Shown here one piece after another: positions 42,176 through 52,007 of a stretch of DNA of 64,000 bases. The notes under the pieces are model-generated. The model made no database searches. It saw only the letters and a program-made list of their open reading frames with translations, and was not told the DNA's origin. The stretch covers positions 1,664,001-1,728,000 of the forward strand of contig OZ250165.1 of the NCBI GenBank assembly GCA_965238005.1. The letters run 5' to 3'. The first letter of the stretch is position 1. Each line of letters opens with the position of its first letter. This stretch comes from Longimicrobiales bacterium (GTDB lineage: Bacteria; Gemmatimonadota; Gemmatimonadetes; Longimicrobiales; Gaopeijiaceae). The position numbers and the translations under genes were made by a program.

Positions 42176-43114
42176 CTATTTCTCGAAGGCTCTCACGTAG
42201 AGCTTGCCCTGTCTGCGCGTGATGCGGACCAGGTCCTTCTGCCTCTTGTAGAGCGGTCCGAGCGGGCCCGTGAATCGGGCCGAGCTACCGACTGCTCCCC
42301 ACGCACCGGGAAAGTCCCGCCAGGGTTCCTTCACGATGAGACGCATGTCGGACTTCCAAGTGCGCCACTCGTAGGTGTACTTGCCCGGGTTGCCGACGCT
42401 GGGATGCGTGGGGTGGGCGTTCTTGTTGACGAAGACGATGCGATGTCCATTCTCGAACTGCTCGAGGCTGGTGAACCGAAGGACATTGCCCGTGTTGTGC
42501 TGGGCGAAGTAGACGTGGCTCGGAGGCTTCTTCTTCTTAAGGGCGTTGCTGCTCACGATGAACGAGAGATGCTCCCAGTCCCCCTGGTGCGTGTGGATGC
42601 CCCACCACTCGTTCAGCTCGTAGAAGAACCAGTAGAGAACCCGGTAGGAGTCGGCGGCCGGGTTGTATTGCGCGTCCAAGAAGACCGGCGCGGACACCTC
42701 GCTGCCCACGGGTGGTGGCCCGCTCGTGTCCTTGGGCAGTCTCTCGTCCCTCTGAAGAAAGAGCCCGGTCGGTGTCGTGCGGCCCGGCGTGGCGTGGATA
42801 CTGCGACCGTCGAAAGGACGAATGTTGCGGCTCATCCAGGGCTGCAACGTCCACGGTCCGGGCAGACGGTCGAGAGATTCATCGCTGATCACGTCCCAAT
42901 CGACCGCGAAGTAGGGGTCCGTCTCGTCCTTCGACTGGACCCACTCGTCACGGTCCCTGTTCCAGCCCCGGTCCTTCTTCAGATAGAGGGACTCACGAAA
43001 GCGCGACGCCTTTCTGAACTCCTCGGGATCGGACGGAAAGTGGACCTCACTGCGGTCGAACCGGACCAGCGGTGCATACCGTGTGGCCCAGTCGACGATA
43101 TTTCCTTCGGTCAC
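42176..43114 (-). CDS. Vps62-like hypothetical protein
   Basis: YAP.V.F...E..FP, YWFFY..N....H.GDWEH, YFAQH, F.G.WG...GP.GP motifs. Confidence 0.65.
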   Translation of the reverse strand: MTEGNIVDWATRYAPLVRFDRSEVHFPSDPEEFRKASRFRESLYLKKDRGWNRDRDEWVQSKDETDPYFAVDWDVISDESLDRLPGPWTLQPWMSRNIRPFDGRSIHATPGRTTPTGLFLQRDERLPKDTSGPPPVGSEVSAPVFLDAQYNPAADSYRVLYWFFYELNEWWGIHTHQGDWEHLSFIVSSNALKKKKPPSHVYFAQHNTGNVLRFTSLEQFENGHRIVFVNKNAHPTHPSVGNPGKYTYEWRTWKSDMRLIVKEPWRDFPGAWGAVGSSARFTGPLGPLYKRQKDLVRITRRQGKLYVRAFEK

Positions 43115-43163
43115 CCGGGACCGGGGAAGAGCCCCTGAAACGACTCTTGCACGTCGGGCTCCG

Positions 43164-44342
43164 CTAGTCGCTTGACCCCGCCTCCATCACGGACGCCGGG
43201 AAGATCTCCTTGAACGCCTTCATGAAGCGCCCCATGTCCTCCTCGTTGCCCACCGAAACGCGCAGGTGCTCCAGCATGGGCGGGAAGGGGCGGCCGACGA
43301 GGACGCCTTTCTTTCTGAACTCGTCCCGAACTGCCTGGACCGGGCGGCCGATGTGGACCATGAAGAAGTTCGTCTCCGACGGGATCACGCTGTGACCCAT
43401 GGCTTCGAGTTGTGCCGCGGTCTTCTCTCGCAGCTCGCGATTGACCTTCCGGACCCAAGCCTCCCGCTCCCTGTCCTTGAGACACGCGACCGCACCCCAT
43501 TCGGTGGCGACGCTTGTGCTGCCGGTCATGTAGGGGCGCATCCGGCGAAGCATCTCCGGTGACGCGATGGCGTATCCCAGGCGTACGCCGGCCATACCGT
43601 AGATCTTCGAGAACGTGCGCGTGATGATGACCGGGCGCCCCTCGAGAACGTGAGGGATGGAGGTGGCGTATTCCGGGTCCTCCACGAAGTGGTGATATGC
43701 CTCGTCGATGAGCACGGGCACGTCCTCCGGGATCCCGTCGAGCAATTCCTGAACCTCGGACTTGCTGACGGTGCGACCCGTGGGGTTGTTCGGGTTGCAG
43801 AGGTACACCAATCCCACATCCCGGTAGTTCGCCCTGGTGGCCTCGATGATCGAGGGAATGTGCTGACGGTAGTCGTCGAGCAGCGGCACCTTGATGATGT
43901 CCACCTTTAGACCACTGGCGTGGCGGTAGAATGAGTCATACGAAGGATCGACGCCTATCAACTTCTTGTCCGGCAACAAGAAGGTCAGGCCCGCGACCTT
44001 CAGCGCCTCCCCGGAACCCGCTGTGGTGAGGATGTTCTCCGGCTCTACGCCGTCGCGCTCGGCGATGGCCGCACTGAGGTCTTCCCCGGGATCGCCGTAG
44101 GTGTGGGCGTACTTGAAGGCACGCGTCATGGCCTCGATCACCGGCTCCGACGGGCCATACGGGTTCTCGTTGCTGCTGAGGCGAACGAACGAGTCGAAAT
44201 CGAATTCTTGGGCATCGAGGGGAGGTGAGTTCCAATCCCCGAGTCCCTGGGCCCATAGGTCGGCGCCCGGCTTGATGCTGAGGTAGCCCAAGGCGGCGGC
44301 GGCTCCACCCACGAAACCACGGCGCGAAACTCTGTTCTTCAT
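43164..44342 (-). CDS. Tat-signal PLP-dependent aminotransferase (HisC-like, class I/II)
   Basis: SRRGF signal, NENPYGPS, YLCNPNNPTG, DEAY, RTFSKIYGMAG.RLGY. Confidence 0.9.
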   Translation of the reverse strand: MKNRVSRRGFVGGAAAALGYLSIKPGADLWAQGLGDWNSPPLDAQEFDFDSFVRLSSNENPYGPSEPVIEAMTRAFKYAHTYGDPGEDLSAAIAERDGVEPENILTTAGSGEALKVAGLTFLLPDKKLIGVDPSYDSFYRHASGLKVDIIKVPLLDDYRQHIPSIIEATRANYRDVGLVYLCNPNNPTGRTVSKSEVQELLDGIPEDVPVLIDEAYHHFVEDPEYATSIPHVLEGRPVIITRTFSKIYGMAGVRLGYAIASPEMLRRMRPYMTGSTSVATEWGAVACLKDREREAWVRKVNRELREKTAAQLEAMGHSVIPSETNFFMVHIGRPVQAVRDEFRKKGVLVGRPFPPMLEHLRVSVGNEEDMGRFMKAFKEIFPASVMEAGSSD

Positions 44343-44453
44343 GATCATGAGGACCTCCGTTAGCCAACGTCCGCACAGTCCGGTGGGTGTCGGACGGAAC
44401 ACCCGACTTCGCAGTCTTGGCCACGGACCGGGAGTGCGCAAGCCTGCGGGGAG

Positions 44454-44506
44454 GAGGTGTGGGGTGAGCTGGCAGGGACTGAGGTGTGGGGTGAGCTGGC
44501 AGGGAC
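44454..44506. repeat. 27-bp tandem duplication
   Basis: GAGGTGTGGGGTGAGCTGGCAGGGAC twice. Confidence 0.85.
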
Positions 44507-44663
44507 GAGGCTCGAGGCGGTCCCCCAGGGCTATGTTTCTTTCTGGTTCGCTTGGGCCACGTTCGTACCGGGCACGGAGATCTGGGCAGGCTGAGCTGAC
44601 CCACTCGCGTCCCCAGGACGCGCTTCTCGCACGCAACTTCCTGACGTCATATCTTTGGACCCC

Positions 44664-45572
44664 ATGCGCACCGTGCTCTTCCTCGTGCTGGCCGCGTTCG
44701 GCGTCACCTACACGGTGCGATGGGTGCAGAGCGCCCGGGACAGAGATCACGCCGGGGCCGGAAGCCACGCGGGCGGGGGGGGCGGCGGCCTAACTTCGCC
44801 TCTCCTGGCCAGCATCGGCTTCGTCACCAACTTCTTCGACACGCTGGGCATCGGCTCGTTCGCGCCGACGACCTCCTGGTACAAGCTTCAGAAGCTGGTC
44901 CCCGACGAGCGCATTCCGGGGACCATGCACGTCGGTCATACCCTTCCTGTCATCGTGCAGGCGTTCATCTTCATCGCCATCATCGAAGTCGACATGGCCA
45001 CGTTGACCACCCTCATCGGAGCCTCGGTGCTGGGGGCTTGGCTGGGAGCGGGCGTGGTGGCCCGCTGGCCCCGCCGACGTATTCAGATCGGTATGGGCAT
45101 CGCCCTGTTGCTGGCGGGAGCGACCTTCGTCATGGCCAACCTGGGATTGGCGCCTGTGGGTGGCGAGTCCATCGGCCTGGCGGGCGTGGTCCTCGTCTTG
45201 GGCGTCGTCGGCAACTTCATCCTCGGTGCGCTCATGACCCTGGGCATCGGCATGTACGCCCCATCGATGATCATGATCAGCTTGCTCGGGATGAACCCGG
45301 TGGTGGCGTTCCCGATCATGATGGGATCATCGGCGTTTCTCATGCCGGTGGCGTCCGTCCGTTTCCTGAAGGCCAACGCCTACAAGCATCGCCCGGCCCT
45401 GGGTCTCGCTCTGGGTGGAGTGCCTGCGGTTCTCATCGCCGCCTTCATCGTGAGGTCGCTTCCGCTGACCACCATGCGTTGGCTGGTGGTGATCGTCGTG
45501 ACGTACGCCGCGTTGGCCATGTTACGGTCCGCCTGGGTGGAGCGCCTGGTTCCGGTACCCGAGGCCACCTGA
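44664..45572 (+). CDS. TauE/SafE-family permease
   Basis: NFFDTLGIGSFA, GALMTLGIG.YAP, AFPIMMGS; multiple TM helices. Confidence 0.85.
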   Translation: MRTVLFLVLAAFGVTYTVRWVQSARDRDHAGAGSHAGGGGGGLTSPLLASIGFVTNFFDTLGIGSFAPTTSWYKLQKLVPDERIPGTMHVGHTLPVIVQAFIFIAIIEVDMATLTTLIGASVLGAWLGAGVVARWPRRRIQIGMGIALLLAGATFVMANLGLAPVGGESIGLAGVVLVLGVVGNFILGALMTLGIGMYAPSMIMISLLGMNPVVAFPIMMGSSAFLMPVASVRFLKANAYKHRPALGLALGGVPAVLIAAFIVRSLPLTTMRWLVVIVVTYAALAMLRSAWVERLVPVPEAT

Positions 45573-45578
45573 GGGACG

Positions 45579-46088
45579 GTGACGGAGCCCGGCGCAGTGA
45601 CCGTATCGGTCACTCATCATCCCATCGACGACGCCCGCCCGCCGGCCCCTATCCACCTGACGGCCCGTGGCTGTGATCCCAACACACGCACGCACGTGAT
45701 GGTGGGCATGGGCGGCGAAGCCGAAGTCAGCGTGGACTGGGAGCAAATGGAGTTTGTGGCGGAGCGGTTCGATCACCTCCTGACCTCGGAGGGCACGCTC
45801 TTCCTGGCGGCGGGCACCCTGTGCGCAGCCGTGGCGCTGGAAGCGCGGGCAGTCCGGCACGAGTCGGAAGAGCTGCTCGTTTGGCGGCTGGAGCGTCGAG
45901 GGCCCTACGTGCTGCTCCTCGGCGAGGTGGGCTGCTCTCTCTTCACCCCGGAGGGCCTCCACATAGACTCGGTTCCGGTGGACCCTCCGTACGAGATGCA
46001 GGACTCCGACGAAGGCATCGTGTTCGAGTCGCCGGTGGAGGGGACGCAGGTGCTCAGATACCCGAGGCCCTTGGGCGAGGCCGAATAG
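45579..46088 (+). CDS. Hypothetical protein
   Basis: ORF directly downstream of the permease, with RBS GAGGG. Confidence 0.55.
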   Translation: MTEPGAVTVSVTHHPIDDARPPAPIHLTARGCDPNTRTHVMVGMGGEAEVSVDWEQMEFVAERFDHLLTSEGTLFLAAGTLCAAVALEARAVRHESEELLVWRLERRGPYVLLLGEVGCSLFTPEGLHIDSVPVDPPYEMQDSDEGIVFESPVEGTQVLRYPRPLGEAE

Positions 46089-46104
46089 CACTGGCTCTCC
46101 TGTC

Positions 46105-46346
46105 GCACCGTGCCCTCGACTGGCCGAGACACTTTGGTAGCGGGACGCTAGCCCCTAACTTGGAGCTTTCGCGGCGAGTCGCGGGCTGTGGTTCGAGACA
46201 AGCGGAGGTGGTCCAGTGTCTGGAGGTGGTTCGGTGACATCTCGACCACGGCCCGGACGGCGTACAGAGGCCGATCTCCTGAGGGCTAGTGTTCCGTTTC
46301 GGATGCACCGCGCCCTCGACTGGCGGAGACACTTTGGCAACGGGAC
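46105..46346. repeat. Two ~42-bp direct repeats exactly 200 bp apart
   Basis: GCACCG(T/C)GCCCTCGACTGGC(C/G)GAGACACTTTGG.A.CGGGAC at 46105 and 46305. Confidence 0.8.
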
Positions 46347-46353
46347 AATAGGG

Positions 46354-47676
46354 ATGAAAATCGTATCGAAGTCGAAGCTCGCTCTCTACCTGGCGGGATT
46401 GCTGCTCCTTACGGCGTCCACGACGACGGCGCAGGTGACGGCCATTCGGGCGGGGCGTCTCGTCGACCCCGAAGCGGGTACGATCGCTGCCAATCAGATC
46501 ATCCTGGTGGAGGGAGGGACCTTCCAGGCCATCGGTGCGGACGTGCCGATCCCCTCGGGCGCAGAGGTCATCGATCTGTCGGAGCTCACGGTTCTACCAG
46601 GCCTCGTGGACGCCCACAATCACTTGGCGCTGACCTATAAGGAAGAGCCCGAGAGCAACATCTACTACCTGACGTACGTCATGGAGAGCACAGCTCTCAG
46701 GGCCATCCAGGCGGCCTCGAACGGCATGCAGATGCTGTCGTCGGGCTTCACCATTGTCCGGGACATGGGCAACAGCGGGAACTACACCGACACCGCGCTT
46801 CGCATGGCCATCGAGCAGGGGTGGATTCCGGGACCCGTGATCATCAATTCGGGCATCATCATCGGCGGTATGGGTGGACAGTTCTCGCCCACGCCCGAAA
46901 TGGCCATGGACAAGAACATCGTCTATCCCGAGTACCTCGACGCCGACACACGGGACGAGATCATCAAGGCGGTCCGCCAGAACGCCCTCTTCGGCGCCAC
47001 CGTCATCAAGATCTGCGTGGACTGCCAGCCGTGGGGGTATTCGGTGGACGACATCCGGCTCTTCATCAGTGAGGCGGCGCAGATCGGGCTCAAAGTGGAG
47101 GGTCACGTGCAGTCGGAGCGGGGAGCGGCCCGGGCCATCGAAGCCGGCATCTGGTCCATCGCTCACGACTCGGGGCTGACCGACGAGCTGCACAAGCGCA
47201 TGGCCGAGAAGGGGATCTTCCGTGCCGGCACCGAAACACCCATCACGCTGGTGGGCCACACGACGGAGCGGCGCTACGAGCGGACGCTGGCCGGGCTCAG
47301 GAATGCCTACGAGAACGGCGTGCCCCTCACCTACTCCACCGATGCGGACTACTACATTCCCGGGATGACCCGGGGCGAGGTGGCCATCGAGTTCATCCGG
47401 ACGTGGCACGATGCCGGCATCCCCGACGTCGACATCCTCCGGGCCATGACCGTGAACGGCTACAAGGTCAGTGAGACCGAGAACGAGCGGGGCCCCATCA
47501 GGACCGGTCTGGTGGCGGACCTGATCGCGGTGTCGGGCAACCCCCTGGAAGACATCGACGCGCTACGTGACGTCCGGTTCGTGATGAAGGACGGCGTCGT
47601 GTTCAAGCAAAACGGGATCATGACGCCCGAGAAGTTCTTCCACGGCGGGCCCGTGAACGGCTGGAATATCCGGTAG
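46354..47676 (+). CDS. Secreted amidohydrolase family protein
   Basis: Signal peptide, PGLVDAHNH, GFT.VRD.G, STDA, G..ADLIAV.GNPL.DI. Confidence 0.9.
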   Translation: MKIVSKSKLALYLAGLLLLTASTTTAQVTAIRAGRLVDPEAGTIAANQIILVEGGTFQAIGADVPIPSGAEVIDLSELTVLPGLVDAHNHLALTYKEEPESNIYYLTYVMESTALRAIQAASNGMQMLSSGFTIVRDMGNSGNYTDTALRMAIEQGWIPGPVIINSGIIIGGMGGQFSPTPEMAMDKNIVYPEYLDADTRDEIIKAVRQNALFGATVIKICVDCQPWGYSVDDIRLFISEAAQIGLKVEGHVQSERGAARAIEAGIWSIAHDSGLTDELHKRMAEKGIFRAGTETPITLVGHTTERRYERTLAGLRNAYENGVPLTYSTDADYYIPGMTRGEVAIEFIRTWHDAGIPDVDILRAMTVNGYKVSETENERGPIRTGLVADLIAVSGNPLEDIDALRDVRFVMKDGVVFKQNGIMTPEKFFHGGPVNGWNIR

Positions 47677-47706
47677 ACGCGAGTGTAGAGTCAATCGGAA
47701 GGCCGC

Positions 47707-48073
47707 GTGAGGGACCAACCATTGAGCCCTGAGTTCGAAGTCGCCGTTATTGGCGGTGGGCCGGCTGGCGCCGCTGCGGGACGACTCCTCGCTCAGTGGG
47801 GGCGAAAGTCCACAGTCTCGGATCTTCTGGCCCGTCACTTGGACCTGGATTCCGGTCGGGTCTTGCTCGACGGTCGCGATCTCCGGGATCTGCCCCTGGC
47901 TGACATCCGGCGACACGTGGTCACGGTGGATTAGCAGCCTTTCGTCTTCAACGCTTCCATCGCCGAGAACATCGGAGAAGGCGCCCGAGGCGAAGATCTA
48001 CGCGATCAAGGTGTTCGGACGGACCCTGTCGACATCCACCGGCGTTCTGGTACAAGCCATCGACGATCGGTAG
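47707..48073 (+). pseudogene. Mosaic of FAD-oxidoreductase, ABC ATPase and S8 peptidase fragments
   Basis: VAVIGGGPAGAAAG...; KSTV.DLL.R..D.DSG.V.LDG.DL; APEAKIYAIKVF...L.QAID. Confidence 0.7.
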
Positions 48074-48209
48074 AGCAGGGGGCCCGAATCGTGAATCTGA
48101 GTCTTGGAACGGCCAGGCCCGAGCACGAGTCGGCGACAGACATCGTAGAGCTACTGGAGGGAGAGGGTGGCTTCCGGTAGACTTGAGGCCCACCACATGC
48201 ACCTCAGCC

Positions 48210-48875
48210 ATGACCTTTCAGACACCCCCATCTCCAGAGGAAGAGCCACCCCGCCAGCTGCCCGGTGTGCCGTGGGTTGCCCTCATCGTCGTCGGCGCCC
48301 TGCTCATCGCGGCGGTTCTGTTTGTGATGTCGAGCCTTCAGAGCCCCGAGCTCCAGTGGTATCCGGTCTCGGCCGTGGAGCCAAGGGAGGTGGGGGACAG
48401 CCTCGCAGGTCCCGCGGTCTATACGGTGGACGGTAGGGCAGACCGACTCACCTACTTCGATTTCTCGAGGGGATCCGTGATCCAGGACGATCCTGATCCT
48501 CTGGGATGGGACCTGGCGTTCCGTCGATTCACGGTTCTGGTCAACGGCGGCTCGGGCCTGAGCGGGCAGGGCGGCATTCGCGACCTGGGAGAGGTGTCGT
48601 TCGACTCGGTCACCAGCGTTCCTGCAGACGGGTATGCCGTCAATGACGCCATGCCGGAGTTGGGCAACCCGGCCATGGCCCAGTGGTACGATTACAGTTG
48701 GACGAGCCACGTTCTGAAGCCCAAGCGGAAGGTCTTCGCGGTGCGCACAGCCGACGGACGCTACGGCATCTTCGAGATTCTGAGCTACTACTGTCCGGGA
48801 GCTCAAGCAGGCTGCATCACCATCCGCTACGTGTACCAAGGGGCCGGCGGCACCAGCTTCGAACGTGGACTCTAG
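48210..48875 (+). CDS. HmuY-family heme-binding protein
   Basis: YFDFS.G, WDLAFRR..V..NGG, WY.Y....H.L.P...VF.VRTADGRY...EI.SYY. Confidence 0.85.
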   Translation: MTFQTPPSPEEEPPRQLPGVPWVALIVVGALLIAAVLFVMSSLQSPELQWYPVSAVEPREVGDSLAGPAVYTVDGRADRLTYFDFSRGSVIQDDPDPLGWDLAFRRFTVLVNGGSGLSGQGGIRDLGEVSFDSVTSVPADGYAVNDAMPELGNPAMAQWYDYSWTSHVLKPKRKVFAVRTADGRYGIFEILSYYCPGAQAGCITIRYVYQGAGGTSFERGL

Positions 48876-48917
48876 TAGCCGGTGGCTGCCGGATCTGAAC
48901 CGCACTAGACTAGCCCC

Positions 48918-49889
48918 ATGAGCACGGCACTGGACCTTGAGGCCGCCCGGAAGGCCGTGGCGGGATTCATCACCCGGACGCCTCTGCTGTGGGCCCCGGA
49001 CCTCACGGCGCGGGCGGGATCGGACATATACCTGAAGCTCGAGAGCCTTCAGGTGACGGGCTCCTTCAAGATCCGTGGAGCGGCCAACCGCATGACGGCC
49101 CTGACCGAGGAGGAGCGCACTCGGGGGGTGGTTACCTGCTCGAGTGGAAATCACGGGAGAGCCGTGGCCCACGTGGCCGGCATGATGGCCATTCCGGCCA
49201 CCATTTGCGTTCCGGACTGGGTAGATCCGGTGAAGCACAGGGCCATGGAGACCGCCGGTGCTCAGGTGTTTCTCGCAGGGAAGACGTACGACGAGGCCGA
49301 GGCACGGGCCTGGGAGCTCGAGAGCGAAGAAGGGTTCACCTTCGTGCACCCGTTCGACGATGAGTGGGTGATCGCCGGGCAGGGGACGGTGGGGCTCGAG
49401 ATCCTCGAAGAAATGCCTGACCTGTCGGAGGTGCTCGTGCCTCTTGCGGGTGGTGGCCTGGCGGGCGGCATCGCTTATGCGGTAAAGGAGGCCCGTCCGC
49501 AAGCGATCATCACGGCCGTGTCCGCGGAGCGCGCGGCCGTCATGTTGGGGAGCCTCGAGGCCGGCCGGCCCATCGAGATGGAAGAGGAGGAGACCCTGGC
49601 GAGGGCTCTTTCAGGCGGGATCGGACTCCAGAACCGACACAGCTTCGAAACCGTCCGTGACTATGTCGATCGGCACGAGACGGTGTCGGAGGAGGCCATC
49701 GCGGGAGCCATGGGTTACGCCGTGCGAGAGCTCCACCTGGTCGTGGAGGGAGGGGGGGCGGTGGCACTGGCTGCTGTTCTGACGGGAGCATGGAAGCCCA
49801 TGCGCCGCGGGGCGCCCGTGGCCATCGTGGTCAGTGGGGGGAACGTCTCTGCGGAACGGATCCGCGAAGTGGCGGAAGGTGCCGGCTAA
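48918..49889 (+). CDS. PLP-dependent threonine/serine dehydratase
   Basis: LKLESLQ.TGSFKIRGA, SSGNHG, HPFDD..VIAGQGT, GGGL..GI, SGGN. Confidence 0.92.
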   Translation: MSTALDLEAARKAVAGFITRTPLLWAPDLTARAGSDIYLKLESLQVTGSFKIRGAANRMTALTEEERTRGVVTCSSGNHGRAVAHVAGMMAIPATICVPDWVDPVKHRAMETAGAQVFLAGKTYDEAEARAWELESEEGFTFVHPFDDEWVIAGQGTVGLEILEEMPDLSEVLVPLAGGGLAGGIAYAVKEARPQAIITAVSAERAAVMLGSLEAGRPIEMEEEETLARALSGGIGLQNRHSFETVRDYVDRHETVSEEAIAGAMGYAVRELHLVVEGGGAVALAAVLTGAWKPMRRGAPVAIVVSGGNVSAERIREVAEGAG

Positions 49890-50029
49890 CGACCTTTCGC
49901 CAATCCCAAGCCTCGGGGATCCGCGCCCCCCTCGAAGCTGACGGGCCTGCCCCCGGAGTCGTACTCGATCATGAGGCCGTGGGCGTTTCCGATCCCGCCG
50001 ACGATCCGGAGGGAATGTCCCATTGCCGC

Positions 50030-50238
50030 GAGGGCGTCCCGGGCACGAGCCAAGGACGCCCGTCCTTCTTACGGATGCGGCCGCTGGGGTTGAGGAAGCG
50101 TGACCGGCGGGAGGCGGCATCGTAGACCAGGATGGTCCCGTAGCCGCCCACGCCCGACATCATGGGCTCCACCACGTTGAGGGCGGCGGCCACGGCGACG
50201 ACTGCCTCCTGGCACCCTATTTCGTTCGCACCACCCAC
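50030..50238 (-). pseudogene. Gamma-glutamyltransferase fragments
   Basis: AAALNVVEPMMSGVGGYG..L.YD joined to KDGRPWLV.GTP, which normally lies far downstream. Confidence 0.7.
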
Positions 50239-50274
50239 ACCTGAATGTCCGAGCCGAGCGCCTCACCGCCGCTC

Positions 50275-50662
50275 TGAACAGCGCACCTGATCGTTGACAC
50301 AATGGTGCCAGCTGATGGTTAACAGATTGGGTTACGTCCTGTGTTACCGTGGGTGTCGCAAATGACGAAGAGTTCTTCGTCAAACCACCCGAGGGTAGTG
50401 GGTCCGAAGTAGACCTGCCACAGAGCGGGACCGATGGGTTCGAGCCCGATGAAGTCGTTGCCCAGAGCTGAGCTGACGTTGATCCAACGGGAGTGCCAGC
50501 GGATCCCTCCGTTCGTAGAAACCTTTCGGACCTCGAAGTGCTCGGGGTACTCGAGCGGAGGAAGGGTCTCAGGGTAGGCTTTAGAGGCAGATCGGTAGAC
50601 GGAGTCGGGAGTCGCATCGTCGAGAGCCTCGTGCGGCCGGATGTGATTGAAGATGTGGAGGA
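50275..50662 (-). mobile_element. IS481-family right-end relic
   Basis: FN..RPHEAL...TP..VY, RKV..NG.I.W; terminus ...TGTTCA with repeated subterminal motifs; cut by IS3. Confidence 0.75.
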
Positions 50663-50720
50663 TGGAGTTGACCCGCTTTGGTGGACACCTCAGTAGTGAG
50701 GGAGACAGGAGGAGTCCACG

Positions 50721-51035
50721 ATGCCAAGAACACATGCGCCGTACCCGCCGGAGTTTCGGCGGCAGATGGTCGAGTTGGTCAGGTCGGGCCGCTCCGTGGA
50801 GGAGCTGGCCCGGGAGTTCGAGCCCTCAAACGGGGCGATACGGAACTGGGTCAAACAAGCTGACTTGGATGAAGGCCGTCGCAGTGACGGGCTGACGACG
50901 GAGGAGCGTGGGGAACTCAGGCAGCTTCGGCGTGACAACAAGCGTCTGCGCATGGAGCAGGAGATTCTAAAAAAAGCCGCCGCCTGGTTTGCTCGGGAGA
51001 GCAACTCGATCCCGGAACGGGGTTCGAGTTCATGA
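50721..51035 (+). CDS. IS3 transposase OrfA
   Basis: Identical to 6881-7195. Confidence 0.95.
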   Translation: MPRTHAPYPPEFRRQMVELVRSGRSVEELAREFEPSNGAIRNWVKQADLDEGRRSDGLTTEERGELRQLRRDNKRLRMEQEILKKAAAWFARESNSIPERGSSS

Positions 51036-51883
51036 AGACGAATCAGGCCGACTTCCCTGTGCGGGCGATGTGCCGTGTGCTGGATCTCTCCCCCAGCGGC
51101 TACTACGCCTGGTTGGATCGCGAGCCTTCGGCTCGGGCGAAGCGAGATGAGGAGCTCACAGAGCGGATCGAGACGGTCTGGCGCGAGAACCGAAGGGTCT
51201 ATGGCCGGCCCCGCATCTACGCGGACCTCAAGGAAGCTGGCGAGCGGGTCGGTGAGAAGCGGGTGGGCCGGCTCATGAAGCAGGCCGAGATTGTGGGAGC
51301 TAGCCGGAGGCGGCGCGGCCCGAAGACGACCAGGCGCAACGAGGACGCCCGTCCCGCGCCGGATCTCATCGAGCGGGACTTCAGCGCAGACGGGCCAGAC
51401 CAGTTGTGGGTGGCCGACATCACCTACATCCCGACCTGGGCGGGGTTCTTGTACCTCGCGGTTGTGCTCGACGTCTGGAGCAGGCGGGTGGTCGGGTGGT
51501 CGATGGCTACGCACCTGCGCACCGAGCTCGTCCTGGACGCGCTGAACATGGCGACCTGGCAGCGCCGGCCCGAATGCGTCATCCATCACAGTGATCAGGG
51601 AACCCAGTACACCTCGATCGCCTTCGGCCTACGCTGCAACGATGTCGGTGTGCGGCCCTCGATGGGCTCCGTGGGCGACGCCTACGACAACGCGATGTGC
51701 GAGAGCTTCTTCGCGACGCTCGAGTGCGAGCTACTCGACCGGCAGCGCTTCCGGACCCAGGCCGAGGCGAAGATGGCCGTGTTCGACTTCATCGAGGGCT
51801 TCTACAACCCCCGGAGGCGACACTCGGCACTGGGTCAGCTGTCGCCCATCAACTTCGAGCGTCGCCACGGAGCGGCAGCATGA
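51032..51883 (+). CDS. IS3 transposase OrfB
   Basis: Identical to 7192-8043. Confidence 0.95.
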   Translation: MKTNQADFPVRAMCRVLDLSPSGYYAWLDREPSARAKRDEELTERIETVWRENRRVYGRPRIYADLKEAGERVGEKRVGRLMKQAEIVGASRRRRGPKTTRRNEDARPAPDLIERDFSADGPDQLWVADITYIPTWAGFLYLAVVLDVWSRRVVGWSMATHLRTELVLDALNMATWQRRPECVIHHSDQGTQYTSIAFGLRCNDVGVRPSMGSVGDAYDNAMCESFFATLECELLDRQRFRTQAEAKMAVFDFIEGFYNPRRRHSALGQLSPINFERRHGAAA

Positions 51884-52007
51884 GAAACCTGCGTGGCCAA
51901 GTTGCCCTTTACTCCCCCGCTGCGCGGGGGAAGCTTTCCTCTCCCCAGCGAGGGGGACAGACTATAAACCTCAGTGTTCACCCGTCCACTGAAACGGGAC
52001 AGCTCCA

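Larger units (their letters stand above)
50663..52007 (+). mobile_element. IS3-family element, copy 3 (no TSD)
   Basis: Same as 6823-8167; flanks GGA and ACT differ. Confidence 0.96.

Noticed and set aside
44454..44506. Mini-CRISPR (also 56557-56607)
   Set aside because: Only two adjacent units with no spacers and no cas genes; simple tandem duplications.
43164..44768. 534-aa version of the aminotransferase (similarly extended starts for serpin, amidohydrolase, cysH, AKR)
   Set aside because: Extensions are non-homologous and overlap other features; downstream starts have an RBS and/or signal peptide.
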